A stretch of 59,936 nucleotides of DNA, filler included, from Stramenopiles sp. TOSAG23-3 (GCA_900128585.1; 9 parts of 9 records of this genome joined end to end with filler, not necessarily neighbours in it); one strand, 5' to 3'. Shown: positions 1 through 10,697, numbered from the whole stretch's first letter. Program-made: numbers and translations. The notes: generated by a model not told the origin, from the letters alone.

Positions 1-877
1 ATAATTAATAATAAAATGAAGATGCTGGTCTGCTGCTGCTGGTATAATACGTTTCTCTTCGAGTACCTGTGGTTAATCTTTTGTTATTATTGTTGTAGAT
101 TATATAGGAAACACATATATAATGTAATAAGGAAAATAATAATTTGTTCTTTTGATGATTATCGGGGAAACAATCAAGTATTTATTTATTTATTATTTAA
201 TACTTAAATTGTTTTATATCTCCTCGTAGTTATATAGTCATTTATATTACGATCGATATTATTCCTTTGTGTTCGTCTTTTAAATTATTTAACTTTAACT
301 TAAATTAACATTATACTTAAACCAATTCGAAATGAACAAAACGAATAACTCACACATACTTTTTGATCTTCACATCAATTAAGTAAGGATTTAAAATATT
401 ATGGGAATAATATTTTGTCGCTCATTATGTCTTGTGTTACCCTATATCGAGTGACAAATATTTATTAATATTCCGACGAGACACGCCTTAATTCTCGAAA
501 TGGCTATTGTTAGCAGTTCAGGGACACAGACAAGAGGCTTCTGGGGAAGACACAGCATCACATCACACACTCTTATTACACTCTTACACCATTGTTTCTG
601 ATGAACCAACCTATTCGTTGACCAAAATGCACGATGGCGTTCTCTTCTGGTGTGCTGCTGCTAGCTGCTGCTTTTGTTGGCCGTCCTTGTTCTGGATTCC
701 ATCGTCATTCAGGAACTTGTTCTTGCCATTGTATCGAAAGGGTATTGGGTACGTGAATCAATACGTTCTAAGATTTGTTTTTTGAATGCACTGAACATCT
801 ATATAAAGCAAAAAAGCCGCAAAATATTTGTTGTTTAGTTACTGAAGTTTCACATACTATTTCCGATTGAAGTAGAA

Positions 878-2005
878 ATGGGGTGCTGCAACTCCGGAAT
901 GAGGGACCGTTTCGAAGAGGCGACTGTGCCTCTCCGAAAATTTATGGGCCGCTTGTCTATGGACAAAGAAATGCTCTGGCCGCTGTACAAGAAGTTTGAC
1001 AAGTGCGATGCTGATCATAGTGGTGAAATAAACATTGATGAATTCTTTGATCATTTCCACCTCGAATGGTCGCGTTTTGCCGAGCGTGCCTTTATGGTTA
1101 TGGAAGTAGGGGGGGACCATAAACTTTCTTTCGCGGAGTTTACCGTCGGTCTTATGAACTACTGCACAAGTCCCCACTCGGGTCTGGTAAAATTTGCCTT
1201 TGATTTATTTGACGATGACCATTCTGGCCAGATAGATTTTCAAGAGGTGAAACAGCTCTTGAAAATGGTATCCGGGAAGCGCCGCAAAGAGTCGTATTAT
1301 GACGATATAATGCGAAAAATGGACAAGGACCGCGACGGAGTCGTAACCTGGGAAGAATTTCGAGATTTTGAAAAGAAAATGGCGTCGTTGCTTCAGCCTG
1401 CATTCCACTTGCAACAGAACCTTCGGAAGAAAATTCTGGGGGAAGCGTACTGGGACAAGTTCACCCTCCTGAGGAAGCAAAAAGCTCCTGGGCGAACTGA
1501 CCTGATAGCGTGGCACCATGAATTGCAAACGGGAGAGAAACTCGATCGGGTAGCCATGAAGCAGCAGGCGACAAAAAGGCAGCACGGCATCGTAGAATGG
1601 GACAAAGGGAAAAAAGGGAAAACCATCCATGCCTACGACGGTTGTTCAAAAGACGCGAACAAATTGAAAAAGATCAAATTTGGAGACAGCATTGAAATAT
1701 TTGAAAAGCAACATGAGCAGAAAGGAGGCTCCTGGTACAAGATTGAAGAGAAGGCCGAGGTGTGGGTTGAAGCAAAATATGTAACCATGGATCGCAGGTG
1801 GGAGAAAATTGAAAACGAGAAGAATAGAATGAAAACTAAACTAGCCGAGGATCAGGAAAGAAAAGAGAAGGCTGCGGCGGACAAGAAAGCTCGACAGGAG
1901 GCGGCAGCAAAAGAGTGGATGGAAAGTACAGATAAAGAATCTGGTAAAAAATATTGGTACAATATGACGACCAGTGAAACGACCTGGAACGATCCTTTCA
2001 AGTAG
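878..2005 (+). CDS. EF-hand Ca2+-binding protein (calcineurin-B/recoverin-like) with an SH3b-like domain and a C-terminal WW domain; predicted N-terminal acylation
   Basis: 375-aa ORF. Starts MGCCNS. EF loops DADHSGEINIDE, DDDHSGQIDFQE and DKDRDGVVTWEE. SH3b-like segment ...KIKFGDSIEIFE...SWYKI...WVEAKYV. WW domain EWMESTDKESGKKYWYNMTTSETTWNDP. Confidence 0.85.
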   Translation: MGCCNSGMRDRFEEATVPLRKFMGRLSMDKEMLWPLYKKFDKCDADHSGEINIDEFFDHFHLEWSRFAERAFMVMEVGGDHKLSFAEFTVGLMNYCTSPHSGLVKFAFDLFDDDHSGQIDFQEVKQLLKMVSGKRRKESYYDDIMRKMDKDRDGVVTWEEFRDFEKKMASLLQPAFHLQQNLRKKILGEAYWDKFTLLRKQKAPGRTDLIAWHHELQTGEKLDRVAMKQQATKRQHGIVEWDKGKKGKTIHAYDGCSKDANKLKKIKFGDSIEIFEKQHEQKGGSWYKIEEKAEVWVEAKYVTMDRRWEKIENEKNRMKTKLAEDQERKEKAAADKKARQEAAAKEWMESTDKESGKKYWYNMTTSETTWNDPFK

Positions 2006-2167
2006 ACCATCTGGTTTCTGGGGAGAAACGGTATCGTCGCCATGTCGTGTACTTCTGGCAAAACACGAACAAAACACGTTTCTTATACACGAGTAATTCG
2101 TAAGAAGCACTCGTAAGAATTACGAATATAAGTACATTGTATACTAAAACTTTACACTCCATTTTAG

Positions 2168-5100
2168 TTACAGCACGTTTATATTCAAAACAAATGCAAA
2201 CCCCAAGACTAAGGCTGTCAGCACTTCCAGTTTGCACTGGCCTAGCCCGCCCCGGGCGGCCCCTACGAATGTTGAATGGGCGCACGCAAGGTCTACATCG
2301 GGGCACAAATAAAACGCACTGGTGTATTTTCCGCCGTATGGGGTCCCGAAAGGGTCCTCGTTGTCACTCGAGGAGATAGCCCCGTCCCTTGACCCTCCGA
2401 AATTCAAAAATACTTCGCTATAGCCGCCTTTATGGTCGATGGCACTAGTCACTAAGTCCAGTGAATGGCCATACCTACGCGGCATCTCTTTCGCTTTGTA
2501 CTCCATCATTCGCACACCTGCGACCCAAACAGCTTCCAGGCCTATCCCAGCAACCCACGAACCCCGACCACTCTCCCCGTGCAAAATTTCGTGCCACACA
2601 TATTTTGACTCGTCCGCTTCGTTAACGTTAAGTACCCAAACGTCATTCATTGTCTCTTTTCCGTTGAATCCGCCGTACATGACCATGTTTGATTTTGATG
2701 TCGAAATATTTTTGTACATTGCGGATGCATGGTAAGCTCTTGCCTGTGGGAACGGTTTGGAAATTACTTCCCCGCCAAGAAACGTTTCTCCCACCACCAG
2801 CTGCGCTCCACGCACAGCCCCGTAACTGGAAGATTCAAACTTCCGTTTTTGAGAAACGTTAAACTCTACCGTAACTGAATCCACCACCTCGGAAATTACC
2901 CAGTCTCCGCGAAGAACTTTCTTGGAAGAGGACTTTACGTAAATGTAGGCTCCTTTTTTGAACGGGACTGCGGAAGCTAATGTCATTCGAACAATGGACT
3001 TCTCCCGGCAGACGAATTTAGTAACACTTATTGTGTCGACAGAAACTTCTGTCCATGAAAAAGTCTGGCCGTGCCCTTGGGGTATGTTCAGTTCCCACAA
3101 ATCATTTAGTACCACGCCAACCCCCGTAATCCCGCCAAAGAGGACCATCCGGTCACCAAGGGCACTTTCGGATACTAGCGTCGAAGCGCTACTACGGTAC
3201 CGCCCAGTCAAAATTGCCGAATGTCCATACCGTCCTTTGGGGCCGACAATATTGCGTTTCGTCCACTTGTTCCACCGGGGAAGTATCGGGAACTTGGGGT
3301 GTCGTGAACTGCTTTGGCGCCCATTGCCAATGCACACACTGAGACTTACGTTGGAGCAGTTTCTAAGCTCGTGGGGAAGTGGACAGTCGCCTTCTGTCGT
3401 CCAGTCGTCTAAAAGCTGGTCCTGCACGTCCAATGTCCACAGCTCGTTAGACGCCTGGCGCCCTGTCCACCCACCGAAAACGACTAAACGAGTAAGGCCC
3501 TCCGTGGTTCCCCAGGACTCTGTGTGGGTAACATGCCGAGTAGAATTGCCGTCCGTGAATGTGTAACGATTTGAGCTGGTGTTGTGCGAAACGAAACCGT
3601 ATTGTGCTCCGAGTTCTTCGGAAGCATTGGCGCTGGAAGGCAGCGGTGCCACGGTTACTTGGCAAGTCCCTGTGGGGTGGGCCCCTCCTGAATCAACCAA
3701 TTTCACTACTTTTGAGACAGTCTTCCGATACGTTGGGAGCATCGTGTGCCCACTCATCTTTCCGGGGAACATCTGAATTGTCATATCCTGCATAGGATCG
3801 GTGCACTTATCATGCCGGGTGCATTTGTACTCGCAATTGCTCCCGTAAAACCCACGGTGGCAGTGGCACTTTCCGTTCCGACATACCCCGTTGTCGTGGC
3901 ACACGTTGAGGCACGGCAGTATATCCGGGCAAGTCGGTGAACATTTCAGCAGCTCCGGGGAAACGGATGGCTCAATAATGCTGTAATCCCCGCTCATGCC
4001 GCTATGGGAGGGACAAATATGGTCATATACCAGCGTAATGACCAATTTGCTGTTTGGACTAGTGCTGAAGAAGTTATTTTCCACCTGCGAAAGCTCACAC
4101 ATACGAACTAACGTTTTCGTTTCACCGTCGCTGGACAGGGAAACTTGCTGGAGATGAACGTAATTGCTACATCGTTTCAGCTCGTCGACGCTCAGATCAA
4201 GACGGTTGAAATGAAATGTAATAATTTCAGTACCCGTAGACGGCGTTATAACCCACGAGCAACGGTGCTGGGGGTTTGGAATGCCGCTGTCTATCGTTCC
4301 GTTCGTCTGTGTTATACTTTCTGGCATGGCGGAAGAGCACGCGGTCTGTTCCTTGCGATAAATGCTGGTAGAATAAGAGGTGGTGTTCTCCCCATCTCCG
4401 AATACCTTTGCGCAATGCCATGATGCATGCATCCCTTGGGCATAAAGTGAGTCTGGCTGTACCTCGCCAGAAACGGGCATGGGAATTTTTGATAAGTACC
4501 AAAGTGAACCAGTCAGCCCGTCGTTAATCGAAACCCCGCCGTAAACGAACACAGTCCCTATGGCATTTGAATCGACATTGTTGTAAACGTACCCCGCAGC
4601 GTGCTGCGACCGAGATAGTTCTGGACGGGCGCGCACTGCCTTCCAATGCGCGCTTGCATCCAACGTGGGGCACCATGTTTCGTACAGGTTACAGTCCAGG
4701 GCTGCCCGGCTAAGGACTCCTAATTTTATTCTGCGCCATTTATTGCATGCATTGCACTGCAAATTTCCTTCTAAACCGTTTGGCATCTTTACGCCAGACT
4801 TTCCTGTGCACGATTTTCTACTCGGGCACTCGTTGCACGAGTCACCATTCAAGGGGTTGTATGTAATTTTTGAGGCGTTTTCTCCCTCGTTCCACTCCAC
4901 TCCATCGATCACACCGTTAACAAAAACCCATGCGTCGCTCTTGATCTTGCCGGCCTGGCCGCCAAAAAGTAGCAAGTGTGACTTAAGCGGAACGCCGTCA
5001 AAAAGGTAGCTCGTGTTCTCCGCCACAGGGATAACATTGCTGGTGTGATGAACCCTTGAGACAGGCTTTCCAGTGTCACAGTAAGCGTGCTGAATTTCCA

Positions 5101-5470
5101 CCTTCTCCGTTTCAGTGAACAAATCCCCCCCTTTCTTGTACGACGTGTACGACTCGCCGACTTGCTGTGCCCAATGGCTATAGAAACCTTCGTCTTTCCA
5201 GCTGCCGTATTTTTCTTGGTACGTTTTCGCTTTGCTGCTCAAACTTTCCTTATCCGATACCAAAATTCTAGGACCCATAAAGTCGGGGCGACCGGCGCCG
5301 TGCGGATCGGTCGCAGTCTCTCTCCCGTTGGCAATTACACCAAATATCGTAGCGCAAAGTACCACGGAAATGGCAGCGCATAAATACAAGTTGTCTTCGC
5401 GAAGCCTCCCTTTCTTTGCAGTGTTTAATTCGCGAACAATAGCTTTCCTCGCGGCGTACTCATCCTCCAT
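2168..5470 (-). CDS. Kelch-repeat, CUB and EGF surface protein (attractin/MEGF8-like domain set)
   Basis: The first ATG in the 1119-aa ORF is at 5470 (MEDEY). Kelch motifs include GRYGHSAIL..MVLFGG..LNDLWEL and ARAYHAS..MVMYGG..MNDVWVL. CUB: CSWVITP..ITFHFNRLDL. EGF: CHDNGVCRNGKCHCHRGFYGSNC. Hydrophobic segments lie near both termini. Confidence 0.8.
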   Translation of the reverse strand: MEDEYAARKAIVRELNTAKKGRLREDNLYLCAAISVVLCATIFGVIANGRETATDPHGAGRPDFMGPRILVSDKESLSSKAKTYQEKYGSWKDEGFYSHWAQQVGESYTSYKKGGDLFTETEKVEIQHAYCDTGKPVSRVHHTSNVIPVAENTSYLFDGVPLKSHLLLFGGQAGKIKSDAWVFVNGVIDGVEWNEGENASKITYNPLNGDSCNECPSRKSCTGKSGVKMPNGLEGNLQCNACNKWRRIKLGVLSRAALDCNLYETWCPTLDASAHWKAVRARPELSRSQHAAGYVYNNVDSNAIGTVFVYGGVSINDGLTGSLWYLSKIPMPVSGEVQPDSLYAQGMHASWHCAKVFGDGENTTSYSTSIYRKEQTACSSAMPESITQTNGTIDSGIPNPQHRCSWVITPSTGTEIITFHFNRLDLSVDELKRCSNYVHLQQVSLSSDGETKTLVRMCELSQVENNFFSTSPNSKLVITLVYDHICPSHSGMSGDYSIIEPSVSPELLKCSPTCPDILPCLNVCHDNGVCRNGKCHCHRGFYGSNCEYKCTRHDKCTDPMQDMTIQMFPGKMSGHTMLPTYRKTVSKVVKLVDSGGAHPTGTCQVTVAPLPSSANASEELGAQYGFVSHNTSSNRYTFTDGNSTRHVTHTESWGTTEGLTRLVVFGGWTGRQASNELWTLDVQDQLLDDWTTEGDCPLPHELRNCSNVSLSVCIGNGRQSSSRHPKFPILPRWNKWTKRNIVGPKGRYGHSAILTGRYRSSASTLVSESALGDRMVLFGGITGVGVVLNDLWELNIPQGHGQTFSWTEVSVDTISVTKFVCREKSIVRMTLASAVPFKKGAYIYVKSSSKKVLRGDWVISEVVDSVTVEFNVSQKRKFESSSYGAVRGAQLVVGETFLGGEVISKPFPQARAYHASAMYKNISTSKSNMVMYGGFNGKETMNDVWVLNVNEADESKYVWHEILHGESGRGSWVAGIGLEAVWVAGVRMMEYKAKEMPRRYGHSLDLVTSAIDHKGGYSEVFLNFGGSRDGAISSSDNEDPFGTPYGGKYTSAFYLCPDVDLACAHSTFVGAARGGLGQCKLEVLTALVLGFAFVLNINVL

Positions 5471-6741
5471 CTTTCCCTGACCTTGAAGACCCTCGTTCTT
5501 CAAACAGAAGCCTTTGGCAGTAAACACGCACGGAAAACAGAAACGTGCCGTTCAGGGGGTTGTGCGCTTGCTTTTTAATCTCCGCAAGAAGTTCAACTCG
5601 GTCGAACCGTTTTCAAGTTCCCTCTGGTTCTTATGGACACAAACGGGCCTTATGAAAATTTGACGGCTTGATCAAACTCTCATTTTGACTTATTACTAAT
5701 TAATATAATAAAATGCAACAAACACAACAACAAAAAATGACGACGTGTGATGTGATAGTCAGTCGTCTATTAATAATAATAAAACAATTTGATATTATTT
5801 AATTAATTGTTGTTGATTGTATTAATTATAATACCAGTATACCAAATACAAGAAAGACTTCTATCGGTTCCATTGTATCTGGTACAGGTACCGGTACAGC
5901 CGAAAAACTGTGACCGGAGCAGAGGAGGCAGACGATTGGGCTTTTGGGAAACTGCAAGCAGCATTAAGGCACTGCCATAATACAGGGAATAGCATCAGTT
6001 TCGGGAGGTCCCTTAAAAAAATAGAATAGGCTGTCTTGATAGGTAAACGGCCGCTGTGCCTCTAATCGCCCAGCAAAAACCAGAGTCTACTTACTGCACA
6101 AACTCCTCGCTTTTCTCCTAAGAAAAAACGATGAGCACCTCTACCTCCAACACGAAATACGGCCCTGCTACAGTGGTCCCGAGACTTTTCGTGGCGCTCT
6201 GCGGGCACTGGATTTGCTCATTTTAAACAGGCACATAGGATGGGATACTTGAGGGGCCTCGGGGGATAAACGATATGACGATCTGTACGGAAGAAAACGA
6301 CGGCATCGATAGAGGCAAAACACAGCAGGAAGAACACATTAGATTACCTGATTACTGTACTTCGAGTCTTGCTCACAGGTGCTATGAAAACTCTAGGGGC
6401 TCATAATGTTTGATGATGTCCTCCCTTCTGTGGCTATGTAAATCTAATAAATATTTTCATTTCTATCTTAATCAATTCTTAGGCTTGATGCCACCGTCCC
6501 GGAATACAATTTTGTCACCATTCTGGCAGTCTGTCCTGTCTGTTCGCTTAACGTAGCTGAGCGATTGCATGAGTGGCACTGCTTGTCTGTCTACTTGGTG
6601 CAAAGCTGCCCCTCTGTGCTTGAGCTATGCTTTAGGCAACTAGCTCAATCTTTGGCTTTGGCACGTTCTCAAATTTAAACCAAAATAAATCGCAACACAG
6701 AAAATACAGTAACACCGAAGTAAACCTCAACAAAGAAAACA

Positions 6742-7296
6742 ATGAAACTATTAATTGTTCTAACAATTTGCGCGTACTTGTGCAGCTTTACCAATGCAAC
6801 AGCGATGACAGCCAGCCATTTTACGGCCGATAATGTTTACACTGGTAAAACGCCAACTAAAGTAACCTTTGGTTTTACCCCAAGTAGTGGCAAGACTTAT
6901 GTAGCTGGAAATGTAATCACGATGCTTGTTATGTTTGCCGACGATAGTGGTATTTTTACTTTGCCGGCACAAAACAATTTGCCGGTCACAGTTATAAGTG
7001 GTGCGCCAAATTGCGCGGCTACGGCACAAACGACAACAACAACGCATTTATTTGTAACACTTGCTAATTCTGGTGGTACTTGCAGTATTTCTGGTGCCTT
7101 TACAATGTCCATTGCTGCTAATATGGCACCAAACAAAAAAGGTGCGGTAACGGGTTCAGCAGTATCAACACAAGATGGCACTACCGTCGGACCTGCAACC
7201 ATTTACACCATTGTTGACGCCCCAGCCTCTGGAGCATCCACTGGTGCCGTTTGGTCCGTAATGGTGAGTATTTTTGCATTGATGGGAGTTTCTGCA
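6742..7296 (+). CDS. Small secreted, probably GPI-anchored beta-rich protein (3' end cut by contig edge)
   Basis: Signal peptide MKLLIVLTICAYLCSFTNA, Thr/Ala/Gly-rich body, then ASGAS plus a hydrophobic tail. Homologous to the N-terminus of the gene at 24084. Confidence 0.75.
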
Positions 7297-7396
7297 NNNN
7301 NNNNNNNNNNNNNNNNNNNNNNNNNNNNNNNNNNNNNNNNTTAATTAATTAANNNNNNNNNNNNNNNNNNNNNNNNNNNNNNNNNNNNNNNNNNNN
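7297..7396. other. Artificial contig linker N44-TTAATTAATTAA-N44
   Basis: Identical 100-bp spacer with stops in all six frames, present 8 times in the window. Confidence 0.98.
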
Positions 7397-7398
7397 TA

Positions 7399-8043
7399 TT
7401 ATCGCATTGTCAAAGTCGGAAGGATAGTTTAGGTAGCATAGGCTCTTTCGGTAGTTTGAATACACCTTTCAACAATGGTAGAGGTCGTGGCAGTAGCAAT
7501 TTGAGTGTGAAATCCCGATCTCAAAGCGACCAGTATTTTGAAGATTTCTGCGCTGGTATTGCAGAAAATCTATCTGGTGACTACACAGAAGATATGGGCA
7601 CCCGGGTGGCGAGCAAGACTAGTAGAAATGCTTCGTTATCTACTGAAGATATATTTTTCCCCAATGACTCCAGAACTAATGAGCTTCGAGGCCAGTCAAA
7701 TGGTCTCCTATTTGATTTTGATGATGGACAAGACTGGACAAATGCTGATGAATTAGACCTTCATTATGCTTATGATCAACCAGAAAAGGACTCAGCACCT
7801 CAGAAGTCCAACAAAAGCAAACAAGAGCGGATTGGCGGCTTAACGAAAGAAGAGAGAAGAGCAAAAATCGACCGTTGGTTAGAAAAACGCAAGAAAAGGA
7901 ACTGGTCGAAGAATAAGACCCATTATAAACCCAGACAAGCATTTGCAAAACAGCGAATTCGGATAAAAGGTAGATTTGTAAAAATAACGCACCCCTTGCA
8001 CCCGGACAACCCGGCCAATAAGGTGAAAAAAAAAACCGGATAA
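7399..8043 (+). CDS. CCT-domain protein (5' truncated)
   Basis: Frame is open back to the contig edge. C-terminal CCT motif ERRAKIDRWLEKRKKRNWSK..HYKPRQAFAKQRIRIKGRFVK. Confidence 0.85.
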   Translation, partial: LSHCQSRKDSLGSIGSFGSLNTPFNNGRGRGSSNLSVKSRSQSDQYFEDFCAGIAENLSGDYTEDMGTRVASKTSRNASLSTEDIFFPNDSRTNELRGQSNGLLFDFDDGQDWTNADELDLHYAYDQPEKDSAPQKSNKSKQERIGGLTKEERRAKIDRWLEKRKKRNWSKNKTHYKPRQAFAKQRIRIKGRFVKITHPLHPDNPANKVKKKTG

Positions 8044-8613
8044 ATATTAAGTGCTCTCTTCTGGTCGCTACGATATGTGAGTCCTCAGAACCGCGAGGTA
8101 TGAAGCAATGACAGGTTGACTTCGGCGCCAAATAGAAAAGTCATCAATCATATTGTCTGGAAGCCTGAAATTTTAAAAACAAAGAAAATATTCTATTATT
8201 TAGATGCATCTGAAGTTATTCAAATGTTACTGAAAGGTTCTACAAGTCAAAGAAAAGAGGTTCACAGACAGACAATACAAGTACAGCACTGCACGTTGCA
8301 CATACGCCACCGCAACATGGCCCTTGACAACAGCGTTGACTACTAATCTGATTGACACTCCCCATGGTCCCAACCCATTACTGGTTTTTCCTCTAAAAAT
8401 TATTTATTGAACAGAAAACGAGCACCTTAAAAAACAATTACAAGCTGTCGTTAAACAAATCGCACAAGTTATGACGCAGATATGAATGGGACACCGGATG
8501 AACCCGATTATAGATGGGACAAACTTATTGGAGAACCCAAGATTGCCTCTGATTATGAATGGAGTACACACGAGGATGGTAGTGTAGACTGAGGGGGAAC
8601 AAATTGCATTGCA

Positions 8614-8688
8614 TTAAAAACAAGAAAATTGGCTGTTATCTAAATCGCTGTTATTTAAGTAATTAAAATTAATGTACTGCGAACTGAA
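8614..8688 (+). repeat. Dispersed element, copy A (AAAATTGGCTGTTATTTAAGTAATTAAAA family; diverged, with an internal duplication)
   Basis: Matches copies at 14582, 16437(-), 31674(-) and 51391. Confidence 0.8.
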
Positions 8689-10550
8689 CTCTAGATTTAG
8701 ACATTCAAGGTTTACATTTCCTTCATGTATTTGCATATAGAAAGAATTATTTACCGACAAGAATTAGATAGGAGCACAGAACATTGAGTGGTTTAACATC
8801 AAATTGAAGCATTTACTTATAAGAGCTTAAAAACAAACCTAACTACTTACTTGCTAGTTTGTATCTCTCATATTAATAGATAAAACTGAATTAGGCTTTT
8901 TTAACCGCGTCAGAAGCGCCCTGACCCTCAGGACAATCACTCCCGCTTAGATATCCCCGGCTACACAAACAAAATATCAGCAACTGTTTAAGCTGCAGCG
9001 ATTTGCCTCGAGAAGAAGGAATTGATAGTACACACGGTAACATCGGACGAATCGGTTGACTGGGATGACAGTGATCTCAAGTATGGGGCCTTGCCACCTG
9101 AACGTGCGTGTGATGTCAGTTCACCAGATATGACGAATGAACAGAGGGTAAAATCGCCCCGGACTGTTCAAAAAGCGAGAAATTTTGGGACCATTAGCAA
9201 GCCAAGGGTACATAAGAGGAAGAGAAAAATACTATTAATCTATTATGGATGTACGACAAAAAGCAAAGAAAAACAATAGGGGGAAAACAAAAAACAATTC
9301 ACAGATCAGCATAGTACAAACACAAGAACGTACAATCTAAGAAAGAGAAGGGACTAAAGAAAAATTAATCTGAATGATCTAAAACATCAAATTAACCTTA
9401 AGTGGTTTAACATCAAATTGAAACATTAACTTAAAATTTATATAAACTGAATTATATTGTATATTGTTATTTTTTACTTCATAATTTAGGCAACTTTATG
9501 TAGAAAGAAACGAAAACAGTCCCCATGATGAGAGTGACATCGGTTCCTCATCGAACGAACAATTAAATTAATCAATCTCACCCGACGTATGTATAACACC
9601 GCGTCAGAATCCCCCTACGCATTTATATACGAAATTTTTACAAGTACAATATTTAAAGTTTTTGTGATAAAATTCAATGTTTTTTTGTATTTGTAATTTA
9701 AAATAATATCCTATATACATTGGTATAGTGAAAATAAAATAGAACTTTTTTTGGTTAAAAATCTAAGTTTTTTCGTTATTTGTCCTGTTATTAGGTGTTA
9801 TTTTATGTAAGACTAACTCCCTGCTAGTTTTTTAATTAAAAAAAGTTCACACACCCTCTGGACAAAATCAGATAAGTACAATAACATAATCGTCTACTGA
9901 ACTTTAAGTTTTCCTAAATTAATTTGTGAAACCTTTTAAAACTAGAAATCCGAGAACTCCCGAAGGTGGAAACTTGGAGAGTCTAGAAATATTACGTTTG
10001 TTCTATTTATTCGATGGAAGAGCGGTTAGAAAAGTGATGGGTGGAATTGTCCTTGTTATTTATTACCTGTATGGTAGAAGACAGAAATACCCTTAGAATT
10101 TACAGATGAAACTGTACTTATTTGTTCTAAGAATACGTTTGGTTTATTATACCTTAATAGCACTGATGGACTCTCATTGAATGGAACTGAGTGGTTAAAA
10201 CACTTAACTTATTTCGGTGTTAAGGTTTAATCCAGAGAAATATTATATTAATATCGTGATAGAGCTAGAACTGTGAATTGAGAATGTCATCAAGTTCTTC
10301 TTCTTCAATTATTTATAAGAGATCATGGATAAAGAAGAAGTACAACCGAATCAGCCGAGAGTTGGATAAGGTCTGTGTGACACAAGTGTAGAAAAAAACA
10401 AGTTCTCGATTGAAATTGATGTAAATATTAATACTTAGGGCTGGGCTATTTTACTTTGCTTTTTATTGTTAAACGATCTATTCCTTATTCCTTTTCTTTT
10501 CGAAGGCCAAAACAAGACTTGATGCTCTGAACAAGAAATTAAGTTTATGA

Positions 10551-10697
10551 TCCAAGTGATAAATGTCGCATTTTAAAATTATTTTGGAAACCAACCCTTT
10601 TATTCGTTTTGTATTCTAATAGGTATATTTGTTACATAGGCATATCATTGGGCAAGTTTCCCAAAATAATTTTAAAATGCGACATTTATCACTTGGA
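10551..10697. mobile_element. MITE-like element, 147 bp, with perfect 37-bp terminal inverted repeats
   Basis: 10551-10587 (TCCAAGTGATAAATGTCGCATTTTAAAATTATTTTGG) is the exact reverse complement of 10661-10697. AT-rich non-coding core; GA on both flanks. Confidence 0.75.

Noticed and set aside
7297-7396. Regularly spaced TTAATTAATTAA palindromes (about every 7.35 kb) as a biological periodic element
   Set aside because: They are identical N-padded six-frame-stop linkers, and the spacing reflects length-sorted contigs. Gene neighbourhoods across linkers were ignored.
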